The notes below the pieces were generated by a model. It was given only the letters and a program-made list of their open reading frames with translations, was not told where the DNA came from and did no database searches. A stretch of 44,377 bases of DNA from a virus (taxonomy: Duplodnaviria; Caudoviricetes), in the IMG/VR virus record IMGVR_UViG_3300037461_000959, positions 1 to 44,377 of that record; one strand, written 5' to 3'. Position 1 is the stretch's first letter. Each line of letters begins with the position of its first letter. This document shows positions 34,233-44,358 of the stretch, piece by piece. The translations under genes were made by a program, and so were the position numbers.

Positions 34233-37148
34233 ATGGCTACAATTACATATTCAGGAGTAACTTGGAATACTACTGCTGGTAATAAAACGGTAACGGCAAC
34301 TCCGGCAGTGGGTGATTTGATTGTGGTTGTAGCTGGTACTTCTGGTTTGTCGGGTGGGACAACCAATGTTACCGATAATAATTCATCTGGTACTTATAGC
34401 CAGGTTGACACTGATAGAACTGGATTTTCCACTACTGGGACATTGACCATCTGGGTTCGTACTTCTTTTATTACGTCAGCTAGTTCTACCATATTCACGG
34501 CGGCTCAAACAGGTTCGACTGGAGGCGGTTTAGCGGTTTTTAGAATATCAGGAATGCCGCGTGCTGGTGTAACAGCAGTTAGATCGAATGGTGGCGTATC
34601 TAGTGGAACCGGTGGTACTACTCCAGCTCCGGTTTTGTCTTCTACTCCATTAATAATCAATCCAATTATTGCAGCGGTAGCTAATGGTTCTTCTCCTGCC
34701 GGAATAACTCCAAGATCAAGCCCATCTTACTCAGAAGCTCAAGATAATGGGTATCCCTCACCAGCAACCGGTTTAGAAACCAGCTACCTAAATTCAGGAG
34801 AAACATCTGCAACAATTACTCATGGCGGCACCTCTGTCACCAATTACGCTACAGTAGCGATAGAATTAAGCTCAGCTACGTATGGGGTTAGCACCTCAAC
34901 CATTGGGGAATCGATCAATATCAGCTTAGTGGAATCGGGAGATGTTTCCGCAACCACCTCATCAACTTCAACCACCACCGATTCCCCCACAGTTATATTG
35001 TCTCCAATAAACGTCTCTACTGTAGCCGATACAACCACCATTACTGATTCCCCGACCTTAGAACTATCCGGCGGAGCGACCATTCCTTCACAAGCGGGGA
35101 CAGCCTCACTGGTACAAAGCAACACGGTAGACAGTAGCACCTCAGTGACCGTTCCCACTGGAACAGACTGCGTCATTTTATTCGCTTCGTATTGGGATAA
35201 TTCAGCCGACCAGGGATTTACTTCGATCACTCTTGGTGGTGATTCGTTCACGCTCGTGCGTTTGGTGGATTCGTACGAAACAACGGGAAATCATGGCTGG
35301 TCTGGGGTGTGGCGGTTGAACGAACCATCAACTGGAACGCAGACGTTCGCTTGGGATTATGTGGATACTGATGTTACCGAGGGTTTTAATTTTTACTTGG
35401 TCTATTTAAAGGATGTTGATACAAGCAGTGACCCAATACGCGGGTTTGGTGCGGCAATGGCGACCTCTGCTGGAGGTAATCAGACATTAACCACGGATTC
35501 ATTCTCAACCAGCACCGCTGACCTGTGCTTAGTGGGAGGATATTCATATACCACCACTGACGGCAACGCTGCCCCTGACGGCTCTGGCCAAACCGAAATT
35601 CTTGATTCTGGCGTCTACAATTCGTGTGAATTGGTCATTGGCACTAAGGATGGGACGAGCGGCACGACCACCATGCAGTTCTATGGGAGCTATCCGTCTT
35701 GTGTAGCGGTTTCGGTCAAGGGCGGTACTCCAGAGGCTATCGTATCGGCAACCACTGCTTCTGTTTCTACCCTATCAGATTCTATTACCTCAAGCGTTTC
35801 TCCTAGGAACATAAATACTTCATCAACCACCACGCTAAATGACTCGATCGTCTCAAAAGCCGGTGATGCTTTAGCTTCGACCTCATCTACCACAACATTA
35901 AATGATGTCGTTACTTCCCAGGGAGGGGATGGTCAGGCTTCTACTATCTCAGCCTCAACACTCAACGATACCATTGACTCTCAAGCTGGAGGCGGGGTAG
36001 CCGAAGCGGTCAGTGTGTCTACAGTGAATGATGTGCCAACGGCAGAATTACAAACAGCCGTTGAAGATGACGATGCTACTACCAACGACGTAACCACCCT
36101 ATCTGATGTAGTTACTCCGGAGGTCTGTACCACTACATTAGACCAGCAACAAACTAATACGGGAAACTTCAACACTGTTCGTTATACCTCCGTACTTAAT
36201 GTAAAAGTGGGTCAGAGTTTTGTCCCCTCAGTAACGGCAGAGATATGTTATGTGACCTTTAATAATAAGAGGATTGGCTCTCCCTCAGGTAATGTGTGGG
36301 CTGAGATATATAGTGACGATGGGGATGGACTACCAAATGCACTTCTAGCCACAAGCGATTCCAGGAACGTGACCGCCATTTCAGGGACAGCGACTGATTA
36401 CAATTGGAATTTTACTGGAATCAACAAGATACAACTTACCTCGGGAACGATGTACCACGTTGTTCTGTCTGGTGATTGGTCATACTCAACAACTGACGGG
36501 ATCCAAATAGCGACAACGAGTGAATCAAATAATTACGCTAATGGAACCCACGTGTATTACGCGACCTCATGGGCAATATATGCCAATGACGACATGTATT
36601 TCAAGACATATTACGATGATTGTACGGTTGAATTATCAGATGTGAATGCGAGCACTAGTTCCACTTCGACCCTCTCAGATTCGATAACCTCGAAGGCTGG
36701 AGACGGGGTTGCCTCAACATCAAGTATTTCAACTCTATCAGATAGTCTTACTACCAAGGGCGGGGATGCGAGCGGGACTGTCGTAGACATCTCAACTCTG
36801 AGTGATAGCTTAACGACAGTGGGGGGAGCTGCTATTGGTAGCACCTCAAGCACCTCAACCATAAATGATGCCATTACCGCTGTTTCCAGTGCATGCCTGG
36901 CGAACACCGCTTCAGTATCTACGCTTGCAGACATCGCTACCGCTACAGTCACCGCAGACAATGACGCTGTTGTTGTTTCAACATCTACTTTATCTGATGC
37001 GATTACTGCTCAAGCCGGGGATGCACAAGCCAACATTGCTTCTACCACAACACTAGCTGATGTAGTGATTGCTGAACGAATTGATGGGCCTGGAGAACCT
37101 TTGAATATCAACCTTTCCGGTTCCGGTACGGGGGTGAGGATTGTATGA
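34233..37148 (+). CDS. Large Ser/Thr-rich virion surface/fibre protein with about 21-aa repeats
   Basis: Beta-rich domains separated by repeats such as TLNDSIVSKAGDALASTSSTT. Confidence 0.7.
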   Translation: MATITYSGVTWNTTAGNKTVTATPAVGDLIVVVAGTSGLSGGTTNVTDNNSSGTYSQVDTDRTGFSTTGTLTIWVRTSFITSASSTIFTAAQTGSTGGGLAVFRISGMPRAGVTAVRSNGGVSSGTGGTTPAPVLSSTPLIINPIIAAVANGSSPAGITPRSSPSYSEAQDNGYPSPATGLETSYLNSGETSATITHGGTSVTNYATVAIELSSATYGVSTSTIGESINISLVESGDVSATTSSTSTTTDSPTVILSPINVSTVADTTTITDSPTLELSGGATIPSQAGTASLVQSNTVDSSTSVTVPTGTDCVILFASYWDNSADQGFTSITLGGDSFTLVRLVDSYETTGNHGWSGVWRLNEPSTGTQTFAWDYVDTDVTEGFNFYLVYLKDVDTSSDPIRGFGAAMATSAGGNQTLTTDSFSTSTADLCLVGGYSYTTTDGNAAPDGSGQTEILDSGVYNSCELVIGTKDGTSGTTTMQFYGSYPSCVAVSVKGGTPEAIVSATTASVSTLSDSITSSVSPRNINTSSTTTLNDSIVSKAGDALASTSSTTTLNDVVTSQGGDGQASTISASTLNDTIDSQAGGGVAEAVSVSTVNDVPTAELQTAVEDDDATTNDVTTLSDVVTPEVCTTTLDQQQTNTGNFNTVRYTSVLNVKVGQSFVPSVTAEICYVTFNNKRIGSPSGNVWAEIYSDDGDGLPNALLATSDSRNVTAISGTATDYNWNFTGINKIQLTSGTMYHVVLSGDWSYSTTDGIQIATTSESNNYANGTHVYYATSWAIYANDDMYFKTYYDDCTVELSDVNASTSSTSTLSDSITSKAGDGVASTSSISTLSDSLTTKGGDASGTVVDISTLSDSLTTVGGAAIGSTSSTSTINDAITAVSSACLANTASVSTLADIATATVTADNDAVVVSTSTLSDAITAQAGDAQANIASTTTLADVVIAERIDGPGEPLNINLSGSGTGVRIV

Positions 37149-39532
37149 GTTTTAATTACCATTCAAATTCTAAGCACTACGATTACACACCTAAGGACAA
37201 TCCTAAAGACAGGATACAGGTAGAAATTGGTGACGCTGATAATTCCACGGACTTCTTCCCTAAGGTCAAGATTAAACGTTGGGATGGGGAAGTCTATGCC
37301 GGTATCCGCTTAATTGACACCAATATTCCAGGGAATACTTCGTTTAGTGATGACGGCACGAAGATCACCTGGATTAAAAAGCAGGGGCAGAACGAGTGGA
37401 AAGCGGTGTTTTATGATAAACCAGACGCTTCGGATGAGGGTGGTTTTGAGTTTGAGGTGTGGCTTCCAGCTAAACCGCCCCAAAACTACATCCAATTCCA
37501 AGTTGATAACCAAAACTTAGACTGGTTCTACCAACCCCCACTAACTCAAGAGGAAATAGACCAAGGCGCACAAAGACCCGAAAACGTAGTGGGTTCCTAC
37601 GCCGTCTACCACAAGACCAAGGGTGGGATGAACGATGCGGTTGGCATGGAATACAAGGCTGGTAAGGCCTTCCATGTCTACCGGCCTCATGTGGTGGATT
37701 CTAACAATAACGAAACTTGGGGAACTTTATCCTTAGACGAACAGACTGGCATTTTAACGATTAGTGTTGACCAGACCTGGTTAAATAATGCGGTGTATCC
37801 GGTAGTGGTAGACCCTACGTTTGGGTATACGAGTGTGGGGGGAACTCCACAAGAAAACACAACAGAAAGAATCTATTACCAGAAGTTTGCTTTACCAGAA
37901 GCAGGAACGATAGAAAGTCTAAGCCAACACACAGCGACACCAACTTATGAAACCACCCTCGCCATATATGACGATTCAGCTACCGCAAACTTATTAGCAC
38001 AAACTGATGGGTTTACGCCCTCTGCTGATACTTGGAATACCGAAAATTTACAAAGTTCATATTCAGCGAGTGCTGATGACTACATCTTATACATAACAAA
38101 AGCTGGAGTTAGTTTCATGTATGATAGCTCATCTGACAAATATGCTGGATGGAATAATAATACATATCCACATACTCCATCAACTCAAAGTTTACCAGAT
38201 GAGCTTGATTGGAACATATCCATCTACGCCACCTATACAGCAAGTGCCAGTGATTTAAGTGTTTCCGCCTCTTCACCCTCAACTCTATCTGACTCGGTTA
38301 CTGCCAACGAAAATCCTCTCAGTCCAAATAACATTTCTGCTTCCTCTACTTCTACCCTTTCTGACAGCATCACCTCAGTCGGGGGCAACGCCCGAACCAA
38401 TGAACTGGAAAGCAATTCCACCGCCACCGACTCAATTACTATCAGAACCAGTGCTGGCATAGCTTCAGTGGCTTCGACTTCTACTCTTTCAGATAGCATC
38501 ACATCTAAAGCCGGAAACGCTGTTTCAGCCACATCTTCCACCTCTACCATTTCAGATAGTATTTCAGCCACCGGTGGGGTGGGGCAAGCAGCCACGGCCT
38601 CTACTTCGACTTTAACTGATACCCTAACCGCTGAACGGGTAGGTGAAGAAGTTCAAAATCTAAATGTCGTAGCCGCCTCCACTTCCACCGCTCAGGACGT
38701 GTTACCACCTTGGTATTCAGACGGAGTTTACGTTCAAGACCAAGTAACCACTGAAGCCACTTCGATCATTCCTAACAATGTCTCTACCTCCTCCATTTCT
38801 ACCCTCGCCGACGCTATTCTTGCCCAGGGTGGAGATGGACAAGCCCATGTTGGTGATATTTCAACCATCGCCGACGCTATCCTAGCCAATACTTCAGGCG
38901 ATAACTACGCTGTCACCAGTTCTCTCTCGACAGTATCAGACAGCATTACAGCCAAGGGTGGAGATGCTAAAGCTACTGTTTCCAGCACCTCTACCCTATC
39001 AGACCAAGTTCTAGTTAACACGTCTGGGGATAACTACGCTCTTGCGAGTTCTATTTCTACTCTCTCTGACGCGATCACGAGCAAGGGAGGGAATGCCCAG
39101 GCAAGTGTTCAAGACACCACCACCATTACCGACACACCAACCGTAAGCGCTATTGAATTGTTGTTAAGTATCGCCGTTCAAAGTATCTCAACCCTTACCG
39201 ACCAATTAACCAGTGTTGGTGGGGCGGGGCAAGCTAGCGTTCAAGATACCAGTACGCTTGCCGATAGCCTTACAACTAATGGGGGAGATGGTCAGTCAAG
39301 CGTTACCGATACCAGTACCATAACCGATGCTCTCACGGTTGACGCGTTTGACGTGGCTAGGAATATAAGCGTAACTGATACCTGCGTCGCTGTGGATGTG
39401 CCAACTTGGGAAAAAGCGGGGGTAAGGGAAATCGTGGTCGTAGATGGGTTTGGGCAACAAGAAACAATTTATATGGACGACCGAGGTCACATGGGATTAA
39501 GGGTCACCGACTTTTTCCACCTTAGATTTTAA
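37145..39532 (+). CDS. Second Ser/Thr-rich virion protein with about 21-aa repeats
   Basis: N-terminal domain RPENVVGSYAVYH...YPVVVDPTFGY, then many TLSDSITxKGGxA repeats. Confidence 0.7.
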   Translation: MSFNYHSNSKHYDYTPKDNPKDRIQVEIGDADNSTDFFPKVKIKRWDGEVYAGIRLIDTNIPGNTSFSDDGTKITWIKKQGQNEWKAVFYDKPDASDEGGFEFEVWLPAKPPQNYIQFQVDNQNLDWFYQPPLTQEEIDQGAQRPENVVGSYAVYHKTKGGMNDAVGMEYKAGKAFHVYRPHVVDSNNNETWGTLSLDEQTGILTISVDQTWLNNAVYPVVVDPTFGYTSVGGTPQENTTERIYYQKFALPEAGTIESLSQHTATPTYETTLAIYDDSATANLLAQTDGFTPSADTWNTENLQSSYSASADDYILYITKAGVSFMYDSSSDKYAGWNNNTYPHTPSTQSLPDELDWNISIYATYTASASDLSVSASSPSTLSDSVTANENPLSPNNISASSTSTLSDSITSVGGNARTNELESNSTATDSITIRTSAGIASVASTSTLSDSITSKAGNAVSATSSTSTISDSISATGGVGQAATASTSTLTDTLTAERVGEEVQNLNVVAASTSTAQDVLPPWYSDGVYVQDQVTTEATSIIPNNVSTSSISTLADAILAQGGDGQAHVGDISTIADAILANTSGDNYAVTSSLSTVSDSITAKGGDAKATVSSTSTLSDQVLVNTSGDNYALASSISTLSDAITSKGGNAQASVQDTTTITDTPTVSAIELLLSIAVQSISTLTDQLTSVGGAGQASVQDTSTLADSLTTNGGDGQSSVTDTSTITDALTVDAFDVARNISVTDTCVAVDVPTWEKAGVREIVVVDGFGQQETIYMDDRGHMGLRVTDFFHLRF

Positions 39533-39533
39533 G

Positions 39534-39615
39534 TTGACTGTAAACCCAATCCGACTAAGATTAACCTAACCGAACTAGCAAAGTAACTAGCAGGCACTCA
39601 CAAGAGTGCCTTTTT
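39534..39615 (+). promoter_or_regulatory. Late cassette copy 5
   Basis: TTGACT(GTA)-16 bp-TAAGAT; CTAG-CAAAGTAA-CTAG; CA; GGCACTC-ACAA-GAGTGCC-TTTTT. Confidence 0.8.
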
Positions 39616-39630
39616 ATTTGGAGAAAACTT

Positions 39631-40317
39631 ATGGCCACATTGTACGAGGATACTATAGAAAACGTACTGCAAATAATCTCTGACTACCGGGGAGAATCCA
39701 CCACCGATACATCCGCACGGAGGATAAGGTCAGTTTCCAGGCAAGAACAGGCATTAGCCAAGCGCAAACTATTTAAACTGTTTGTCCTACCCAACCAAAC
39801 CGCCAGCGGTGATGGCACTAATGATTACACCATCGGTTCTGCTACTTACCCCATGAGATTGAACGGCTTATCCGAAGTCTTTGTCGGGGGAACCACCGCT
39901 GATAAGCAGTATCAAATTGTTGATTACCACAAATACAAGGAACTCTACAATCAGAACAATTCCGATAAGTTGGTTTATCTCTGGTATGACGTGGTTAACA
40001 AACTCTGGAAAATGCACATCAACCCCTCCCCCACTGCTTCAGATACCATCACTTACACCTATTACTGGATCCCTCCCAAGAAAACCACCACGGCTGAATA
40101 CGTTTACTGCGTCGATATGGAAGCTCTGGCCCGCTATGCCAACGCCGAAATTTACGACGGTGACGACGAACCGGAAATAGCCCAACAGGAACGCCAAATA
40201 GGGGAACAAATACTAGACGATGCCATCGGGGAGGACAACCGCCCCAATGTCAACCAGTTATACAAGTTTGAAGCTATAGAAAACATGAACCAATCTCGTG
40301 GCATTGGTTCTTACTAG
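39631..40317 (+). CDS. Head-tail adaptor protein
   Basis: Position before the nozzle; INPSP....ITYTYY motif; 228 aa. Confidence 0.6.
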   Translation: MATLYEDTIENVLQIISDYRGESTTDTSARRIRSVSRQEQALAKRKLFKLFVLPNQTASGDGTNDYTIGSATYPMRLNGLSEVFVGGTTADKQYQIVDYHKYKELYNQNNSDKLVYLWYDVVNKLWKMHINPSPTASDTITYTYYWIPPKKTTTAEYVYCVDMEALARYANAEIYDGDDEPEIAQQERQIGEQILDDAIGEDNRPNVNQLYKFEAIENMNQSRGIGSY

Positions 40318-40318
40318 T

Positions 40319-42235
40319 ATGCGCCAATATACACAGGCTAAAACACCTCGCAAAAAGCTGGAGGTAACGCTAGATAAATGGCGGTCGATCAACCGCCTGG
40401 TTTCCAAGACCCAAGTTAGGCCGGATGAGATCGTGGACGGGTACGATGTCCAGTTGGTTGAAGACGGGAAGATCCAGTTTCCCAGGGACGGACAGGCTTA
40501 TTATGGTTCATCTTCTGGATCAAGAGTTACTGGTCTATTTCCCTATTACAAATCAGATGGGACGGTCAAGTTACTGCGTACCTGCGGGACAGCCCTGCAA
40601 GAGTACAGCTCCGGCAGTTGGGCAGGCGTATCAGGTTACACCTACACTACCACTTTAAATACGAACGGGGTGATCGCTTACGATAAACTATACCTGGAGA
40701 ATGGGACCGACCCTTTAACCTATTACGGTGGCTCCACGGTTACTTCATTTACAGCCCTATCTGCCCCCAATGCGCCTACGGTCACTAGGACCGGCACAAC
40801 CGGCTCTTATACTTTTTCCTACAAGATCACGGCGGTGTCTGCCAATGGCGAAACAACCGGCTCCACCGCTGGGTCTGACACGCTCAATGCAGCCACTTTA
40901 GATACTTCCAGTTACATGACGGTCACTTGGTCAGCCGTCACAAGCGCCATCGGCTATAACGTCTATGGCCGGAAAGACGGGGGCTGGTACTTCATGGCAT
41001 ATCTTGAAGGCAATAGCTCCACCACTTACGTAGACAAAAACCAGCATACCCCCAATGAAGCATTTACCACACCAGAGGGTAACTCCACCGGTGGTCAGAG
41101 CGGGAAATATATTGCAGTCTATAAAGATTCGCTCTTTGTGGGAGGGGACACGGCCAATCCCTCCAGATTGTATTATTCTGGTGGCGGGGATAAGGTCGAG
41201 GACTTTACCATCGGCGGCGGAGGGGGCTTTATCGACATCGCTAAAAATGACGGCCAGAAGATCACTGGGATGATCGTCTTTAAAGACTCGCTGATCGTCT
41301 TTAAGCAGCGGTCAATCTATAAGTTTAACTTTACGACTACCGGGCTGCCCCAAGTCGAACAGGTCAGCGCGGCGGTGGGATGTGTCGCCCCTCGGTCAAT
41401 CGTAGCCGTTGAGAATGACATCTTCTTTGCCGGGGAAGATGGCGTATATACCTTGGGCAACAGTGAGGGGTTTGCCTTTGATGTTTTGAGGACTAACGAG
41501 CTATCAGTAGTTCATAGACCCACCTATGAATCTATCGACCCGGCATACAAAGAAAATATGGCGGCTGTTTATGCAAAGAAGAACGGGCAGAACCTGGTTA
41601 TTTTCGCTTATACCGATGGAGGACAGACCACTAATGCCAAAGCTATCGTTTATGACCGGCAACGCTTGGGCTGGTTGCCGGTGTGGAACAATGTTAACGC
41701 CAACTGTTTTGCGGTGTATAACGACTCCACCAATGAGAGACACATCTTGTATGGTGACGATTCATCAGGTTATGTCAAGGAAATGTTTGATGGTGAGGAT
41801 GATTTTGGGAGCGCGATCGATGCCCAATGTGAAATAAGAAGCGAGAGTTTTAAAACCGGATTAAACCACTATAAAACCTTAAAAGGCGTGGACTTAACGA
41901 CCCGGAATCAAACCGGAAACGTAATTTTAAAGATAATAATTGACGGTGTCTCAACCGAGGCCACCATCAACCTCACCACCACCCAACCATCTATCAACCT
42001 AGGTCATTATGTCTTTCCTTTCCTATTGGGCGAATCGGTAGGGACGGGATCTATCACCAGCTCAGATGAAATGAAACTGATAGCCATTAAGAATCTCAAC
42101 TTAGAATCAGCCAGGTCTTATGGCTTAAGATTGGAAAACAACTCCTCTGGTAAATTCACTCTTTTGTCTGCCGCTTTGACCGCCAAACCAAAATCCCAAG
42201 GATACAGAAAACCGGAGGACATTTTTAATATTTAG
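40319..42235 (+). CDS. Tail nozzle/stabilisation protein (P22 gp10-like, beta-propeller)
   Basis: SRLYYSG, DGQKITG, LIVFK.RSIY, GCVAPRSI and IFF...GVY patterns. Confidence 0.75.
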   Translation: MRQYTQAKTPRKKLEVTLDKWRSINRLVSKTQVRPDEIVDGYDVQLVEDGKIQFPRDGQAYYGSSSGSRVTGLFPYYKSDGTVKLLRTCGTALQEYSSGSWAGVSGYTYTTTLNTNGVIAYDKLYLENGTDPLTYYGGSTVTSFTALSAPNAPTVTRTGTTGSYTFSYKITAVSANGETTGSTAGSDTLNAATLDTSSYMTVTWSAVTSAIGYNVYGRKDGGWYFMAYLEGNSSTTYVDKNQHTPNEAFTTPEGNSTGGQSGKYIAVYKDSLFVGGDTANPSRLYYSGGGDKVEDFTIGGGGGFIDIAKNDGQKITGMIVFKDSLIVFKQRSIYKFNFTTTGLPQVEQVSAAVGCVAPRSIVAVENDIFFAGEDGVYTLGNSEGFAFDVLRTNELSVVHRPTYESIDPAYKENMAAVYAKKNGQNLVIFAYTDGGQTTNAKAIVYDRQRLGWLPVWNNVNANCFAVYNDSTNERHILYGDDSSGYVKEMFDGEDDFGSAIDAQCEIRSESFKTGLNHYKTLKGVDLTTRNQTGNVILKIIIDGVSTEATINLTTTQPSINLGHYVFPFLLGESVGTGSITSSDEMKLIAIKNLNLESARSYGLRLENNSSGKFTLLSAALTAKPKSQGYRKPEDIFNI

Positions 42236-42320
42236 TTGACTGTATCTATTTGGTGATTAGAATTGCCTTAGTCTAACTAGCAAAGTATCTAGCAGGCCAC
42301 CCCGAAGCGGTGGCTTTTTT
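42236..42320 (+). promoter_or_regulatory. Late cassette copy 6
   Basis: TTGACT(GTA)-16 bp-TAGAAT; CTAG-CAAAGTAT-CTAG; CA; GGCCACC-CCGAAGC-GGTGGCT-TTTTT. Confidence 0.8.
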
Positions 42321-42331
42321 ATAAGGAGAAT

Positions 42332-43321
42332 ATGGCAGCACCACTTTATAGTCCAGCATCAGGTTACGGAACAAAAGCGAGTAATTACTATTTCATTCAA
42401 ACGCCAACTGGTGGTGCGTGGTCAAATACACCAGCGTCTACCTTACGAAGGCCCACCGGATCAGTTTTGGGGTCCACCAACACCTTATCTGGATCTCCCC
42501 AATCTGTACCAACTCAAAACCTATATTCCGCTCCAGTTAATACCGAATCAGATGCTGAACGCGCCGCCCGTGAAGCTGCTGAATCCCAACTTCGCTCTTT
42601 AAACACCGAATACGACCGCTTATCAGAGACTGCCAATCTTGACCTGACTAAACTGGCAACTGATAAAACCAACGCCTTGGCTAACATTGATTTGCAAAGG
42701 ACGGGTTTATTAAGCTCTGTGGGTGCTCAAAAGACTTCTGCCTTAGAAGATAGAGACGCTAATATCCAGTCAGCCGGGAATATTGCTAGGACTACCCAAT
42801 CTAAGAACCGCAATGCTTTACGAGCGATGGGGATTCTTAACTCCTCGGCTGCCGGGGACATCCTTTCAAGACCAATGGAAGAGTTTGACCAACAGCGGGC
42901 CACCTTTGTCAAAGCCGCCCAGGACAGAGTTTACCAATTAGATGACTTTTTGAACCAAAAGACCAGCGAACTAGCCTTAGCAGTTAAAGACATTGAATCC
43001 CAATATGCGGATCTTGTATCCAGGGTGCAAAGTGACTTAAGATTTAGTGACCGGGAACGGGCAGACGCTATTGAGGCAGCCAATGCCGCTCTGTCCCAGA
43101 GGCTATCCGAGATCAAACTAGCCCAGCAAAGCTATTCCCAGCAGGTCGAAGCCCAGAAAGTTAACTTAGCTCTGCAACTAGGCCAGATGCAAGGATACAA
43201 ATTCCCCACAGTCGATGCCAGTAAGATTCTCTCAACGTTTATGCAAGGGGGAACAACTTACACGCCTCAAACAGTAGGTATATACACGGACGAGCAAAAG
43301 AGACTATCCGGTTTATTGTAA
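42332..43321 (+). CDS. Coiled-coil internal virion/ejection protein
   Basis: Ala/Gln-rich helical protein, RAMGILNSS motif; follows the nozzle gene; SD AAGGAG. Confidence 0.6.
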   Translation: MAAPLYSPASGYGTKASNYYFIQTPTGGAWSNTPASTLRRPTGSVLGSTNTLSGSPQSVPTQNLYSAPVNTESDAERAAREAAESQLRSLNTEYDRLSETANLDLTKLATDKTNALANIDLQRTGLLSSVGAQKTSALEDRDANIQSAGNIARTTQSKNRNALRAMGILNSSAAGDILSRPMEEFDQQRATFVKAAQDRVYQLDDFLNQKTSELALAVKDIESQYADLVSRVQSDLRFSDRERADAIEAANAALSQRLSEIKLAQQSYSQQVEAQKVNLALQLGQMQGYKFPTVDASKILSTFMQGGTTYTPQTVGIYTDEQKRLSGLL

Positions 43322-43330
43322 GGAGGGCTT

Positions 43331-44357
43331 GTGGACTTAGGCTCTCTTAAAAAGAAATATTACGACGTATTGGGTGGAGTACAGCAGGGATTGTCTACTT
43401 TGGCAACGGCAGATCTGAACCCGATTAAATCCGGAACACAATCGATTCAAACTTGGCAACAGAAACCAAGTAACCAACTTTTATCACAAATAAACAATTG
43501 GAAACCGCAGGTGCGGCCAGTAAGTTCACCCAGCAAAATAAATCTTAATCCCCAAAGAAGTAACCCACTAACCAATCTGTATAACGTGGGGAGAATGCAA
43601 CTGGGAGCCAACTTTCGTTCGTTCGTTAACCAAACTGGTGCTAATCGAGCCGCTATAACCCACGCCATCAAAACGGGGAAAGCCAATACCGTGAATGTTG
43701 GTAATCCATTTATTCCTATAGAACAGAGGCTCGGTATTAAACCAGTTGATTATTCAAATATGGCAATGAATGTTGGTGGATTAACGGCAGGATTAACAGC
43801 TAGTACCGGAGCCGGTAAATTGCCCACATTTTCATCCTTAATAGATAAAAAGATACGGTTTGAGATAAGTGATAGACAAGCGGTAATAAAAAATAAAGGA
43901 CTGCGCGAGGCTTATAAAATCGGCGTTGCTAGGTTGGAAGATATATTTGATCACAAAGGACTTTACAACAAATATCCTCAATTCAAACGGTTAAGGGTAG
44001 TCTTTGAAGAGGGTGGTTCTGGAGCTGGTGGTATGGTTGGTAGTTTTAATCCAGAAACATTTACTGTAACCATAGACCCAAGACAAGCTCAAGGACAAAT
44101 ACGATCCACCCTATTACATGAGGTTCAGCATGCAATACAGGAAGTTGAGGGATTTGCTTCTGGAACTAGTAGTAAATTATCTGGGAATATTGGTTATCTA
44201 AGGAATGCAGGAGAATTGGAAGCATCGGCAGCGCAAAGAAGAGAGGCAATGTCACCAGCAGCAAGATTGAGAAGTGACCCATTTGCTGCTGAGGCAAAAG
44301 CGCGATTTGGCAGAGCAAACCCAGCAGACTTTACCGTAACAAAGGATGGGAAGATAC
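43331..44357 (+). CDS. N-terminal part of the large ejection/polyvalent protein, with LPD23-like HExxH domain
   Basis: SD AGGAGG + GTG; open frame RFEISD..LEDIFDHKGLYNKYPQ..STLLHEVQHAIQEVEGFASG..YLRNAGELEA; continues into 1..2525; missed by the ORF track. Confidence 0.8.
44232..44357. repeat. Terminal direct repeat, copy 2
   Basis: Identical to 1-126. Confidence 0.97.
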
Positions 44358-44358
44358 T

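Noticed and set aside
34233-39532. Diversity-generating retroelement or invertible tail-fibre switch
   Set aside because: No reverse transcriptase or invertase, and no near-identical TR/VR pair was seen by eye.
242-43686. Numerous short antisense or alternate-frame ORFs in the track (e.g. 242..622, 2983..3399, 24760..25221, 34844..35251, 43447..43686)
   Set aside because: They overlap well-supported genes, show no recognisable motifs, and are best explained as shadow ORFs.
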